Source: Bryobacteraceae bacterium | GTDB lineage: Bacteria > Acidobacteriota > Terriglobia > Bryobacterales > Bryobacteraceae | DNA: 64,000 nucleotides | Reading direction: 5' to 3' | Assembly (NCBI GenBank): GCA_013388415.1 | Contig: JACADU010000268.1 | Span: 2,901 to 66,900, forward strand | In this document: positions 1 through 9,162 of the stretch, in pieces | Layout of the letters: each line of letters starts with the position of its first letter | Position numbering within the stretch: the first letter of the stretch is position 1 | Position numbers and translations under genes: made by a program | The notes under the pieces: generated by a model | The model's database searches: none | What the model saw: the letters and a program-made list of their open reading frames with translations, nothing else | What the model was told of the DNA's origin: nothing

Positions 1-1
1 G

Positions 2-1255
2 ACCGAACCCGCGCCGCCACTTCCCAAGGAGATCCGGCACGTCGTCGTCATCGTCAAGGAGAACCGCACCTATGACGAGGTGTTCGGCGATATCGAGCGC
101 GACCGCAGCGCGGAACTTCGAGGGGCCCCTGAACTCGCGCGCTTCGGCCGGCGCGGCTGGATCGTGCCCGAGCCCGGCGCGCTGAAGATCCGGCTCGAAA
201 AGAAGTTCTACAACATTACTCCGAATCACCACGAGTTCGCGCACCGCTACGCCTTCTCGGACAATTTCTATGCCGACAGCGAAGTCTCGGTGGACGGCCA
301 TCACTGGATCGTCGGTTCCTACCCGAACGCCTGGACCGAGAGCTCGCTGATGGCGTCCTACGGCGGGCAGAAGGACTTCCGGTTTCCAACCTCCGCGCCC
401 GGGCGGCTGCTGTTCGCTCAGTCGAACTCCAGCCTTCATCCTGAAGAGCAACTCGAACAAGGCGCCATCTGGCACCATCTGGAGCGCCACGGCGTCACGT
501 TCCGCAATTACGGCGAAGGACTGGAACTGGCGGGCGTGGTGGAGGATCCCGGCGAGATGCCGACGGGCGCGCGCTACTTGACCAATGTGCCGCTTCCCGA
601 TCCGCTCTACCGCAACACTTCCCGCGAGTACGCGCAGTACAACATGAACATTCCGGATCAATACCGCGCGGCGCAGTTCATCAACGACATCGAGAAGCAC
701 TTTGTGCAGCCGGGCAAGGAGCTTCCCCGCTTTCTCTTCATCCACCTGCCCAACGACCACATGGCCAAACCGCGGCCTGAAGACGGCTATCCGTTCTCCG
801 CTTCCTTTGTCGCCGACAACGACTATGCCCTCGGCCGCATCGTCGAATACCTCTCGAAGTCGCCATGGTGGAAGAACATGGCCATCTTTGTCACGGAAGA
901 CGACGCGCAGGGCGGCGTGGATCACATCGACTCCCACCGCACGGTCCTGCTGGTCATCAGCCCCTGGGCCAAGCGGAACTACGCCTCGCGCACTAACGTC
1001 AGTTTCCCCGGACTGCTCAAGACTGCCTTCCGCCTGCTGGGTCTTCCCCCCCTCAACCTCTATGACGCCACGGCGGCAGACCTCTCGGATTGCTTCCAGA
1101 GCGCGAACCCCGACTTCTCACCCTACGAGGCGATCCGCCCCGAGCCCGAAATATTCGTCCCCGAGAAGGCCAAGGACCCGATCGATCCCGCTCCTTCGCC
1201 GGCAATGGACGATCCGGCATTCCTGCGCGAGCAGCACCGGCAGCGGAAGCAATAG
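2..1255 (+). CDS. phosphoesterase-family protein (phospholipase C / acid phosphatase-like), 5' end outside window
   Basis: The frame is open from base 2 and already encodes EIRHVVVIVKENRTYDEVFGD upstream of the GTG at 80. Later it encodes FVTEDDAQGGVDHIDSHRTVLLVISPW. Both are hallmark blocks of PF04185-type phosphoesterases. Stop TAG at 1253-1255. Confidence 0.8.
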   Translation, partial: TEPAPPLPKEIRHVVVIVKENRTYDEVFGDIERDRSAELRGAPELARFGRRGWIVPEPGALKIRLEKKFYNITPNHHEFAHRYAFSDNFYADSEVSVDGHHWIVGSYPNAWTESSLMASYGGQKDFRFPTSAPGRLLFAQSNSSLHPEEQLEQGAIWHHLERHGVTFRNYGEGLELAGVVEDPGEMPTGARYLTNVPLPDPLYRNTSREYAQYNMNIPDQYRAAQFINDIEKHFVQPGKELPRFLFIHLPNDHMAKPRPEDGYPFSASFVADNDYALGRIVEYLSKSPWWKNMAIFVTEDDAQGGVDHIDSHRTVLLVISPWAKRNYASRTNVSFPGLLKTAFRLLGLPPLNLYDATAADLSDCFQSANPDFSPYEAIRPEPEIFVPEKAKDPIDPAPSPAMDDPAFLREQHRQRKQ

Positions 1256-1293
1256 GAAGAATGCTGCAAGTCAGCGGCGGGACAGGCCGCATC

Positions 1294-4272
1294 TCAGAAC
1301 CAATCGTCTTGCGGCGGCAGCCGCCGCGAGGCGCGCTTCGCCGGTTTGGGCGTGCTTGATCTCTTGGCGGCCGCCTTCTTTGCGGCGGCCTTTCGCGGCG
1401 CTCTTGGCTTGCGTTGCACTCCGAGACCCTGTTCGAGCAACTGCTCGAGCAGCTTCTTCTCCGGGGCGGTCATGACCTTGTTGAAGTTCTCCGGCCGTTG
1501 CTCGAGGATCGCCCGCAGTTTGATCAGCCATTCGTACGATTGCGCGGCCGCATGATCCGGCAGTTCACGGATCATCGCCGCGGCGGCGTCGAAGTCCGGC
1601 GCCGCCCGGTAGCAGGCCAGCGCCTCTTTCAGCTTGCCGATCGAGCGATAGAGATCTCCGGCATTCTTCAGCTCTCCGATGGATTCCAGACACTCGGCTT
1701 CGAGCTCCGGCCGCCGCTTCTCGAGGGTCTTGAGAATCCAGAGCGCATCATGATGGCGCTTGGCCTTCAGGAGAGTCCGAACGCTCTTGTCAAGAAGCTT
1801 CGCGCTCCGCTCCTCGGCGTCCGGCAGATTCAGCGCCCGGTAGAACGGCGGCATGATCCTTGCCAGCGTCACCGGGTTGTCGCCGACGGGCAGGGCCGCC
1901 TCAAGCTGTTCGAGCCAGCCCTTGATCTTGGGAGTGATTTCATTCAACAGCCATGCGGGAACCTGGCCGCTGTACCGCGCGAAGTCCTGAGCGATGTTTC
2001 CGAGCGCCGACAACTTCGACTGCTGGTCGGCCGACCGGACCACCACGCCTATCTGCCGGATGAGCTGTTTCACGCCCAGCTCGCCGACCGCCTTCGAGGA
2101 TTCCGCGAACAGGTCTGGCCGCCCCAACTCCGGCGCCAGGTGGACGCCCCTGAATCCAAGGCAGAAGCAGATCTCAGCCAGAGTCTCATGGGCGGAGGCC
2201 CGCAGAGCCTCATCCTGCACGGCATTCGGATTGGACTTCTCGCCAAGCAGCGCGACAGCCTGTTTCGCCCTCGACCAGGCCAATTCCGGGCGCACCGTAA
2301 GGAATTGGCGCGCGTCGAGCTGGCAGCGCTGAACACGCTCCTCCAGGTCGAGCTGTTCCTCTTCCAGAGCCTTGAGCAGCGCCGATGGGACCGAAGGCGC
2401 AACGTGCTGAGCGCCGTTCTGATCCAGGAAGGCGGTCACCGAGCGGACCACATCGGCCGGAGCGGCGACGTCCAGCCAGATGAGGCGGTCGGCTGGCCGG
2501 CTGATGCCAACCCGCAATTCGTCGATCATCAGCCTCCGCCGCAGGTTCTCGATGTCCATGGCCGCGAACGAGAACTCGCGCGCCGCCCGGGAAATCTTCT
2601 CAAGCTGCTGGCCCGCGTTGAGCAGGCAGACCGTATGAAAATCGAGGCCCTTCACCTCCCGCGCGGTCAGGATCGCCGGCCGGAGCGCCGGCGGGATCTT
2701 CTGCGACAGCGCCTCGTCATAGCTGACGACCGCCAATCCCTCCCGGGCCGTGAGCGCTTCCAGGCACGAGTTCAGTTCATCACCCGGAGTAGCCGTACAA
2801 TAATGCACCTGATCGGTGGCGTCGTCTTCGATCTCCGCATAGCCCGTCCCGCTGGGCCGGTCGCGCTTGTCGAGCCGGCCGTAGAGATCCCAGACATGGT
2901 TCACCAGCGTCGCGATGGTCTTGGGGCTTCGCAGGTTCGAGGAGAGCTTGAATTCGGTCGGGGTGCCGAGCCGGCTGTGCAAAAGATCGTTCATCCAGCC
3001 CCACTCGAAGTCGGTCGGTCTGACGGTCTGTGCCTCGTCGCCGGCGAAGAAGACCGGAATGGTCCTCCTGCGGCGCGCCGACAGCAGCGCCGCAAGCTCC
3101 ACGGTAAGGAATGCCTCCAGCGGAGTCAGGTCTTGGCACTCGTCGACGCAGATGCAATCGGCGTCCGGAAAACGCGCTGCGGCCGCCGCCGCCGGGGATG
3201 CGAGCGCAGAGGCTGCCTTCCAGGCGAGGTCCAACTCCGGGAAGTAACGGCCTGCCAGCGTGCCTTCGCCCCGCTCCAGGCGGGATGCCACATCCAGTAC
3301 GGCCGAAACCGCCCCGTCCCCCAAATACCGTATTCGCCGCAGGCGGTACTCCTTGTCGCCCACCCGCGGCGACTTGCAGGCGCTGAACCTGCCAGCCTCG
3401 CGCGGCAGAGCGGAGCCTATAAGATGCGCATGCATCTCGTCCCAGAGCGCCGGGACATGATCGGTCCACGGTCCCAGGAAGCGGGCGAAGGGAACAAGAT
3501 CTCCTCGCAATCTGCTCTTCAGTTCCGCCGGATTGACTTGGGCGGGGTCGGAACCCGCGATCTGCCTGATGAACGCGTCAAATGTGAGGACGGTGAACTG
3601 CCTCGTGCTGGAGCAGAAGCGGTCGAAGTATTCGCGCGCGAGGTTGGCAAGGTCGCGCGAATAGGTCAGGTAGAGAACTCTGGGCGCGCCGCACTCGTCC
3701 GCCGCGTGCAGCAGGGCCGTGGTCTTGCCGGTTCCCGGGTGGCCCTTGAGAATTCGAACCGCCTGCCGCGCCGTGGCGAACCGGGCTTGTTGCTGCGTCC
3801 ACGGCGCCGAACTGTACGTCTCCTGCCGCATCTCGAGAACTGAAACCGGCAGATAGTGCGTCTCCAATGAGTTCGGGCTGGCTGGGGAATGGTCGTCGTG
3901 GTGCCGGATGTCGCGGAGGAAGATGGAGCCTTCAGGCGCCTGCTCGAAGCCGCCGCCTGCACGGAGTGGCGCGGCGGACCGGGGAGCCCACCAGGCGTAG
4001 AAATGGCTTCCTCCGGCGCCGCCTAGCCGTGAGCGCCTCCATCCCTGGTTCACGCCGTGCGTGGCCTTGTAGTGCTGCCGCGGCATGTCGATCGCCAGGT
4101 TCCGGATCAGCAGCGAGGCGCGCTTGCCGACAGGCTGATTGCGCGCCGCCTCCAACTTCTCCAGGAACTCTTCATGGCAATAGATCGGATTGGCGGGGCG
4201 CCTGGTCTCGAACGGTCCTTCGACAAGCGCCTGTTGCAGACTCGGCATATTGAACGACCACCATTGTGCCAT
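1294..4272 (-). CDS. SF1 (UvrD/RecD-like) helicase with large extra N- and C-terminal domains
   Basis: 992-aa ORF with ordered SF1 motifs: GHPGTGKTT (Walker A), CVDECQDLTP (DExx), FFAGDEAQTV, SNLRSPKTI, VKGLDFHTVCLL, VGISRPADRLIWLD. About 170 aa lie before the core and about 370 aa after it. The tail is lysine/alanine rich. Confidence 0.85.
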   Translation of the reverse strand: MAQWWSFNMPSLQQALVEGPFETRRPANPIYCHEEFLEKLEAARNQPVGKRASLLIRNLAIDMPRQHYKATHGVNQGWRRSRLGGAGGSHFYAWWAPRSAAPLRAGGGFEQAPEGSIFLRDIRHHDDHSPASPNSLETHYLPVSVLEMRQETYSSAPWTQQQARFATARQAVRILKGHPGTGKTTALLHAADECGAPRVLYLTYSRDLANLAREYFDRFCSSTRQFTVLTFDAFIRQIAGSDPAQVNPAELKSRLRGDLVPFARFLGPWTDHVPALWDEMHAHLIGSALPREAGRFSACKSPRVGDKEYRLRRIRYLGDGAVSAVLDVASRLERGEGTLAGRYFPELDLAWKAASALASPAAAAAARFPDADCICVDECQDLTPLEAFLTVELAALLSARRRRTIPVFFAGDEAQTVRPTDFEWGWMNDLLHSRLGTPTEFKLSSNLRSPKTIATLVNHVWDLYGRLDKRDRPSGTGYAEIEDDATDQVHYCTATPGDELNSCLEALTAREGLAVVSYDEALSQKIPPALRPAILTAREVKGLDFHTVCLLNAGQQLEKISRAAREFSFAAMDIENLRRRLMIDELRVGISRPADRLIWLDVAAPADVVRSVTAFLDQNGAQHVAPSVPSALLKALEEEQLDLEERVQRCQLDARQFLTVRPELAWSRAKQAVALLGEKSNPNAVQDEALRASAHETLAEICFCLGFRGVHLAPELGRPDLFAESSKAVGELGVKQLIRQIGVVVRSADQQSKLSALGNIAQDFARYSGQVPAWLLNEITPKIKGWLEQLEAALPVGDNPVTLARIMPPFYRALNLPDAEERSAKLLDKSVRTLLKAKRHHDALWILKTLEKRRPELEAECLESIGELKNAGDLYRSIGKLKEALACYRAAPDFDAAAAMIRELPDHAAAQSYEWLIKLRAILEQRPENFNKVMTAPEKKLLEQLLEQGLGVQRKPRAPRKAAAKKAAAKRSSTPKPAKRASRRLPPQDDWF

Positions 4273-4385
4273 CCTCTGAGGGCGGTGATTCCACGCTGGC
4301 TCGACAGATCCTGGATTGACCCGATTTGGGGGATCGCTTTGCAGCTCACGCTGGTTTACAATTTGACCTACTGGAGGGACAGGCT

Positions 4386-5207
4386 ATGAGCGTAACGGGA
4401 TGGCGCGACTGCGGGCGGATAGCGCTGCTCGTAGCCGTAGCGCTTGGGACTTGGAACGCATCGGCGCAGGAACTCACCAGGGAGCAGAAGGAGCAGTTCC
4501 TGCGGACTGCAAAGGTGGTCAGCACGAGGGGAACGTCCAAAGGGGTCACCGGTGTCCTGCGGGCGACCCTGAGATCAGAAGACGGCAGCCTGACCCACGA
4601 GGCTGCGATTTCGCGAATCGACGAGAAGAAACCTCAGTTCCAGACCGACCGCGGCACGGAGCTGAACTTCCGCGACACCTACAAATTCAACATCGCGGCC
4701 TACAGACTCTCCGTCCTCCTGGGGCTCGACATGGTTCCGCCTCACGTCGAACGCTCTCACGCGGGTTCGACTTCCAGTTTCTGCTGGTGGGTCGACGACG
4801 TCCTGATGGATGAAGGAGAGCGGCTGAAAAAAAAGGCCAAACCGCCGGACCTCAACGACTTCAACGCGCAGTACTCGATCGTGCAGGTGTTCGATCAACT
4901 GATCTACAACGTCGACCGGAACCAGGGGAACCTTTTGATCACCAAAGACTGGAAACTGTGGATGATCGACCACGGGCGGGCGTTCCGGCTTCACCACACC
5001 CTGGAGAATCCCAAGGTCCTCAAGATGTGCGAGCGGAACCTGCTGGCGAAGATGAAGGCGCTGGACCAGCCGGCGCTGAAGCGCGAATTGGGCCCCTACC
5101 TGACGGACATGGAGATCCAGGGTCTGCTCAAACGCCGGGACAGGATCGTCGCCTTCTTTGACAAGGCGGGCGAGTCGGCCCTGTACTCATACGCCGGCAG
5201 GCGATAG
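4386..5207 (+). CDS. exported hypothetical protein with PI3/PI4-kinase-like catalytic motifs
   Basis: ATG at 4386 is preceded by GGAGGG. Signal-peptide-like N-terminus (RIALLVAVALGTWNASAQ). YNVDRNQGNLL and WMIDHGRAF resemble the catalytic-loop and DFG-type motifs of the PI3/4-kinase fold. Confidence 0.6.
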   Translation: MSVTGWRDCGRIALLVAVALGTWNASAQELTREQKEQFLRTAKVVSTRGTSKGVTGVLRATLRSEDGSLTHEAAISRIDEKKPQFQTDRGTELNFRDTYKFNIAAYRLSVLLGLDMVPPHVERSHAGSTSSFCWWVDDVLMDEGERLKKKAKPPDLNDFNAQYSIVQVFDQLIYNVDRNQGNLLITKDWKLWMIDHGRAFRLHHTLENPKVLKMCERNLLAKMKALDQPALKRELGPYLTDMEIQGLLKRRDRIVAFFDKAGESALYSYAGRR

Positions 5208-5356
5208 CTTCAGGTCCCGTCTGGAGCAGTCCTCTCGATGGGCTGAATGAAGCGGGACGGCGGGGCGGCGTGCGCATCTTGGGGAGATGGAGCCGGGTTA
5301 ATTCCACCCCCCAACGACCCGGCGCGGCATTCATTCCCCCCAAAGGTTCAGCGCCC

Positions 5357-6172
5357 TCAGGCCTCGGCAAGGCGGAGAACGATGATCTCACGGGCGGCGC
5401 GGTCGATCGCGTAAACAATTGCCGGGTCGGTGGGGTCGAGAGCGATACCCTGCCCCTGGATTGGGGCGGCAATGGTGTCGTGCAGGACCAGCGTCGACCC
5501 CCCCGCCGGAAAGCCGAGAACGTAGATTTCAGGGTTGTCGTGTCCCGTACAGAGCATCACCCCCGACGGATGAAAGACTCCTCCAGAGATCGAGTACTGG
5601 CCAAGTTTGGACACCAGTTCCGCAGGGTACGCCCACCCTTGGAGCCGCCTCCATTCGTGATCGAACTGGAGCAGCGCCGTCCAGCGGGGATCCCGGTTCG
5701 GTTCCGCCGCGCGGTTCGCGTAGTGAGCGAAGGTGACGTACCGGAAGCCCTGATGGAACTCCACCCATGTGGCGGAGCCCGCTTCGATGCCGCAGCTGTG
5801 GCTGCCAACATGGCGCAGGGCGCCGGTGTCCCAGGTTTCGATTGAGCTCAGCATGGGAACGGCGGGGTAGTTGGAGTGGGCGCAGTGGAGCAGATTGTCA
5901 CGCACAATGCCGCTGTTCAGATGGATGAAAGGCTTGCCCTGCTCGCATTCGTAGAGAGCAAGGCGCTTGCCGCCGGTCTTCTCGTACTTGGCGATGGCGT
6001 GGTTGTCGATGGCGTACAGGTGACCCTGGCCGGCGGCGACTGCCTGCCTGGCTTCAGGAGCCGCAAAGCGGCGGATTTCAGCGGCGCGCCAGCGCGGCAC
6101 GGGAGCGGCTGCAAGCGAGTTACGCCAGAGCGGCAGAGCCAGAGCCGCGCGGCGGGATAGCAAAGACCTCAT
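5357..6172 (-). CDS. hypothetical exported protein
   Basis: ORF with good coding texture. The internal ATG at 6172 gives MRSLLSRRAALALPLW, which is Tat/Sec-like. I recognise no family motif. Confidence 0.55.
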   Translation of the reverse strand: MRSLLSRRAALALPLWRNSLAAAPVPRWRAAEIRRFAAPEARQAVAAGQGHLYAIDNHAIAKYEKTGGKRLALYECEQGKPFIHLNSGIVRDNLLHCAHSNYPAVPMLSSIETWDTGALRHVGSHSCGIEAGSATWVEFHQGFRYVTFAHYANRAAEPNRDPRWTALLQFDHEWRRLQGWAYPAELVSKLGQYSISGGVFHPSGVMLCTGHDNPEIYVLGFPAGGSTLVLHDTIAAPIQGQGIALDPTDPAIVYAIDRAAREIIVLRLAEA

Positions 6173-6232
6173 GGATCGGGCCACCTCCGCATTATGCACG
6201 GCCCGGCCGCAGGCGGGCATAGAATGGAGCCG

Positions 6233-7969
6233 ATGACTACGCGCGCTCTCCTCTTCATCCTGTTCGGCTCAACCCTGATTCCGGCCCAGCCGGCACGAGT
6301 GCCGCTTTCAGGCGACCAGCGCACCGAGTGGTTCCGGAAGGACAAGTTCGGAATGTTCATCCATTGGGGCGCCTACTCCGTGATCGGGCGGCATGAGTGG
6401 ATCCGGCACCAGGCCCAGATCCCGCAGGCTGAGTACGACAAGTACGTCAAGCAGTTCAATCCGGTGAAGTTCAAGGCCGACGACTGGGTCGATCTGGCCA
6501 AGGACGCCGGCGCCAAATACATCGTGATCACGTCCAAACACCACGACGGTTTCTCCATCTACCGCTCGAAGGTGAGCGACTACGATATCGAGATCACGCC
6601 GTACAAGGGGGACCCGCTCAAGGATCTGGCCGACGCCGCCCGCCGCAAGAACATGCGGCTTGGCTTTTACCACTCGATCATGGACTGGCATCATCCGGAC
6701 TACCGCCCACGGCGGTCCTGGGAGTATCCGAAGGACTACAAGGAAGGGGGCAACAACAACCGCTACGTCGACTTCATGAAGGAGCAGTTGCGCGAGTTGC
6801 TGACCGGCTACGGCGACGTCGCCATGATCTGGTTCGACGGCGAGTGGGAGCACACGCTGGCCGAACTGAAGCGCGACGACGAGATCTACGACTTCATCCG
6901 GCAGTTGCAGCCGAACACCCTCATCAACGACCGCCTCTACGAACGGAAGCCCGGCAACAAAGCCGATTTCGGCACGCCGGAGCAGTACGTTCCAGCGACC
7001 GGAATGAAGTCTCCCGGCGGCAAACCGATTCTATGGGAAGCCTGCGTGACGATCAACAACGACTCATGGGGCTACAACAAGTACGAAACCGAGTTCAAGA
7101 CGGAACGCGACCTGATCCGGATGCTGATTGAGGTGGTGAGCAAAGGGGGCAACCTGCTGCTCAATGTCGGTCCGAAGCCGGACGGGACGATTCAAGACGA
7201 GTTCGTGACCCGGCTCAGGGCGATGGGGCGGTGGATGAAAGTGAACGGGGAGTCCATCTATGAGACGACGGCGAGCCCGTTCGAGCGGATGTCGTATTTC
7301 GGGCGGGCAACCGTCAAAGGGAACAGGCTCTACCTGCACGTCTTCGACTGGCCGGCGGACGGGCAGCTGCGGGTGCCCGGTCTCAAGAACCTGGTGCACA
7401 AGGCGCGTCTTCTGGCGGATCCATCCAGAGAAATCAAGACGCGGCGCGACGGAGACGATGTCATCGTTTCCCTGCCCGGCGCCGCCCCCGACGAAATCGC
7501 GTCGGTCATCGAGCTGAGCCTGGACGGGACGCCAGTGGTGGCGCCTTTCGTGAACAGAGCCGATGCGAAGGGCGTCCTGGCCTTGGGAGCTGAAAGCTGC
7601 GAGATCGAAACCGACTTCGGGCAACGGGCCAAAAAGGAGAACGCCTTGGGCCATGTGTTCGTCACCCGCTGGACCCGGGCGCAGGATGTGCCCTACTGGA
7701 CGGTCGAAGTCCCGAAGGCCGGCCGCTACCGGGTGGAAGTGAGCTATTCCAAGCGAGGCAATCAGCCTGCCCCACTCTCCGTCGAAATCGGCGCTGCAAA
7801 GCTGGACGGAGAGGTCAAGGGAACCGGCGGAGAATGGGTCTTCAAGGCGGCGCCATTCGGGGACGTTGACCTGAAGAAAGGCGCGGCGGCGGTGAAGGTC
7901 CGCACAAAAGCCGACGGCGGCGCGAATGCCGTGAACTTGGAGAGGGTGGTGCTTCGTCCTATTCAATGA
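6233..7969 (+). CDS. alpha-L-fucosidase (GH29) with C-terminal binding-module-like extension
   Basis: DKFGMFIHWGAYSV and YIVITSKHHDGFSIYRS are typical GH29 blocks. Signal peptide MTTRALLFILFGSTLIPAQP. The start is ambiguous (6194, 6224 or 6233); 6233 has GGAG just upstream. Confidence 0.85.
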   Translation: MTTRALLFILFGSTLIPAQPARVPLSGDQRTEWFRKDKFGMFIHWGAYSVIGRHEWIRHQAQIPQAEYDKYVKQFNPVKFKADDWVDLAKDAGAKYIVITSKHHDGFSIYRSKVSDYDIEITPYKGDPLKDLADAARRKNMRLGFYHSIMDWHHPDYRPRRSWEYPKDYKEGGNNNRYVDFMKEQLRELLTGYGDVAMIWFDGEWEHTLAELKRDDEIYDFIRQLQPNTLINDRLYERKPGNKADFGTPEQYVPATGMKSPGGKPILWEACVTINNDSWGYNKYETEFKTERDLIRMLIEVVSKGGNLLLNVGPKPDGTIQDEFVTRLRAMGRWMKVNGESIYETTASPFERMSYFGRATVKGNRLYLHVFDWPADGQLRVPGLKNLVHKARLLADPSREIKTRRDGDDVIVSLPGAAPDEIASVIELSLDGTPVVAPFVNRADAKGVLALGAESCEIETDFGQRAKKENALGHVFVTRWTRAQDVPYWTVEVPKAGRYRVEVSYSKRGNQPAPLSVEIGAAKLDGEVKGTGGEWVFKAAPFGDVDLKKGAAAVKVRTKADGGANAVNLERVVLRPIQ

Positions 7970-7979
7970 GGTGAGGACA

Positions 7980-8711
7980 ATGAAATCCGGTGGCGCGATG
8001 GCCCTGGCGGCGGCGCTGTTGTTTGTGGCCGGCTGCACCATCAACGTCGGAGACGGACCGCGCGGCAGCATCGGCGAGATGAAACACGAGACTCGGTCGG
8101 TGGCCCGCTCAGCCGCGGCGAAGGCGGAACAGGTTTCGGCCGAGATTCACATGGGCGCGGGTGAACTCAGCATCGAGGGCGGGGCCCAAGAACTCCTCGA
8201 TGCGGAGTTCGACTACAACGTGGCGGAGTGGAAGCCTGAGATTCGATACGAGGGCGAGGGCGGATTCCGCGGCAAGCTGGTGGTCCGGCAAGGCGCTGGA
8301 TCGGTCGCGATGGGCGACGTGAAGAACCGCTGGAGGCTCAAGCTCGCCGAAGACATTCCTCTGGACTTGGCGGTTCATTGCGGCGCCGGCGAAAACAGGC
8401 TGGACCTCTCGCGGCTCGACCTGCGCCAGGCGGACGTTCACCTGGGCGCCGGCAGAGTGGAAATGGACCTGCGCGGGCAGCCGAAACATGACCTGACTGT
8501 CGACATCAACGGCGGAGTCGGAGAGGCGAAGATTCGCGTCTCCGCCGATGCCAACGTGATCGCGACGGCGCGGGGCGGAATCGGCGAAATCGACGTCTCC
8601 GGCATGGAAAAACGCAACGGCGAGTACGTGACGGGCAAGAAGATGGCAAAGGCCACGCTGCGCCTCAACGTGAAGGGCGGGATTGGCCGGATCGAGATCC
8701 GGGCCGAGTGA
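7980..8711 (+). CDS. lipoprotein with toast-rack (DUF2154/DUF4097-like) domain
   Basis: GAGGTGAGG lies upstream of the ATG at 7980. Lipobox LFVAGC. Repeated G-x-G-E/R-I/L-x-V/I strands (HMGAGELSIEG, HCGAGENRLDL, HLGAGRVEMDL, NGGVGEAKIRV, RGGIGEIDV, KGGIGRIEI). Confidence 0.7.
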   Translation: MKSGGAMALAAALLFVAGCTINVGDGPRGSIGEMKHETRSVARSAAAKAEQVSAEIHMGAGELSIEGGAQELLDAEFDYNVAEWKPEIRYEGEGGFRGKLVVRQGAGSVAMGDVKNRWRLKLAEDIPLDLAVHCGAGENRLDLSRLDLRQADVHLGAGRVEMDLRGQPKHDLTVDINGGVGEAKIRVSADANVIATARGGIGEIDVSGMEKRNGEYVTGKKMAKATLRLNVKGGIGRIEIRAE

Positions 8712-8720
8712 CAGCCGGCT

Positions 8721-9083
8721 TCAGGCCACGTTCCGCTGTGCGCGTTTTCGCGCGTCGTAAGAGCGCCGCGCGCTTTCGACTTCGACATAGCGCGCGTTTG
8801 CCCAGAGACAGAGCTCGCGGAGCGGCTCGAGCAGACTCCGGCCCAGAGGGGTGAGCGTGTACTCAGTCCGAGGGGGGACCTCAGGGTAGACATCCCTGCG
8901 CAGGAAGCCGTCCCGTTCCATTTTCCTCAGCGTGAGCGTGAGCATCCGTTGGGAGACGCCTGAGACAGCCCGTTTCAACTCGTTGTACCGGCGGGTCCCG
9001 TGACGTAGCTCGGCCATCACGAGAACAAACCACTTGTCGGCGACGAGTTCGAGGGCGAGTTCAGCCCCGAGTTTGGCGCGCAT
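8721..9083 (-). CDS. HxlR-family winged-helix transcriptional regulator
   Basis: ADKWFVLVMAELRHGTRRYNELKRAVSGVSQRMLTLTLRKMERDGFLRRDVYPEVPPRTEYTLTPLG is the canonical HxlR signature. Confidence 0.85.
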   Translation of the reverse strand: MRAKLGAELALELVADKWFVLVMAELRHGTRRYNELKRAVSGVSQRMLTLTLRKMERDGFLRRDVYPEVPPRTEYTLTPLGRSLLEPLRELCLWANARYVEVESARRSYDARKRAQRNVA

Positions 9084-9162
9084 GGAGATTCAGTCCGTCA
9101 GGCACACAGATGTTGCCAGGTTTCAAAAAGATGCCTACTTGTTGAACCAGGATGAAGGCGGC

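Noticed and set aside
1414-3843. 809-aa ORF on the plus strand, antisense to the helicase gene.
   Set aside because: It has Arg/Gly/Pro/Leu-rich composition and no motifs, which is typical shadow-frame noise in GC-rich DNA. The minus strand carries the ordered SF1 helicase motifs. The same reasoning applies to other long antisense ORFs, for example 14319-15557, 15554-16384, 26388-27389, 33388-34563, 43280-44197, 49499-50626, 52930-53946 and 61987-63405.
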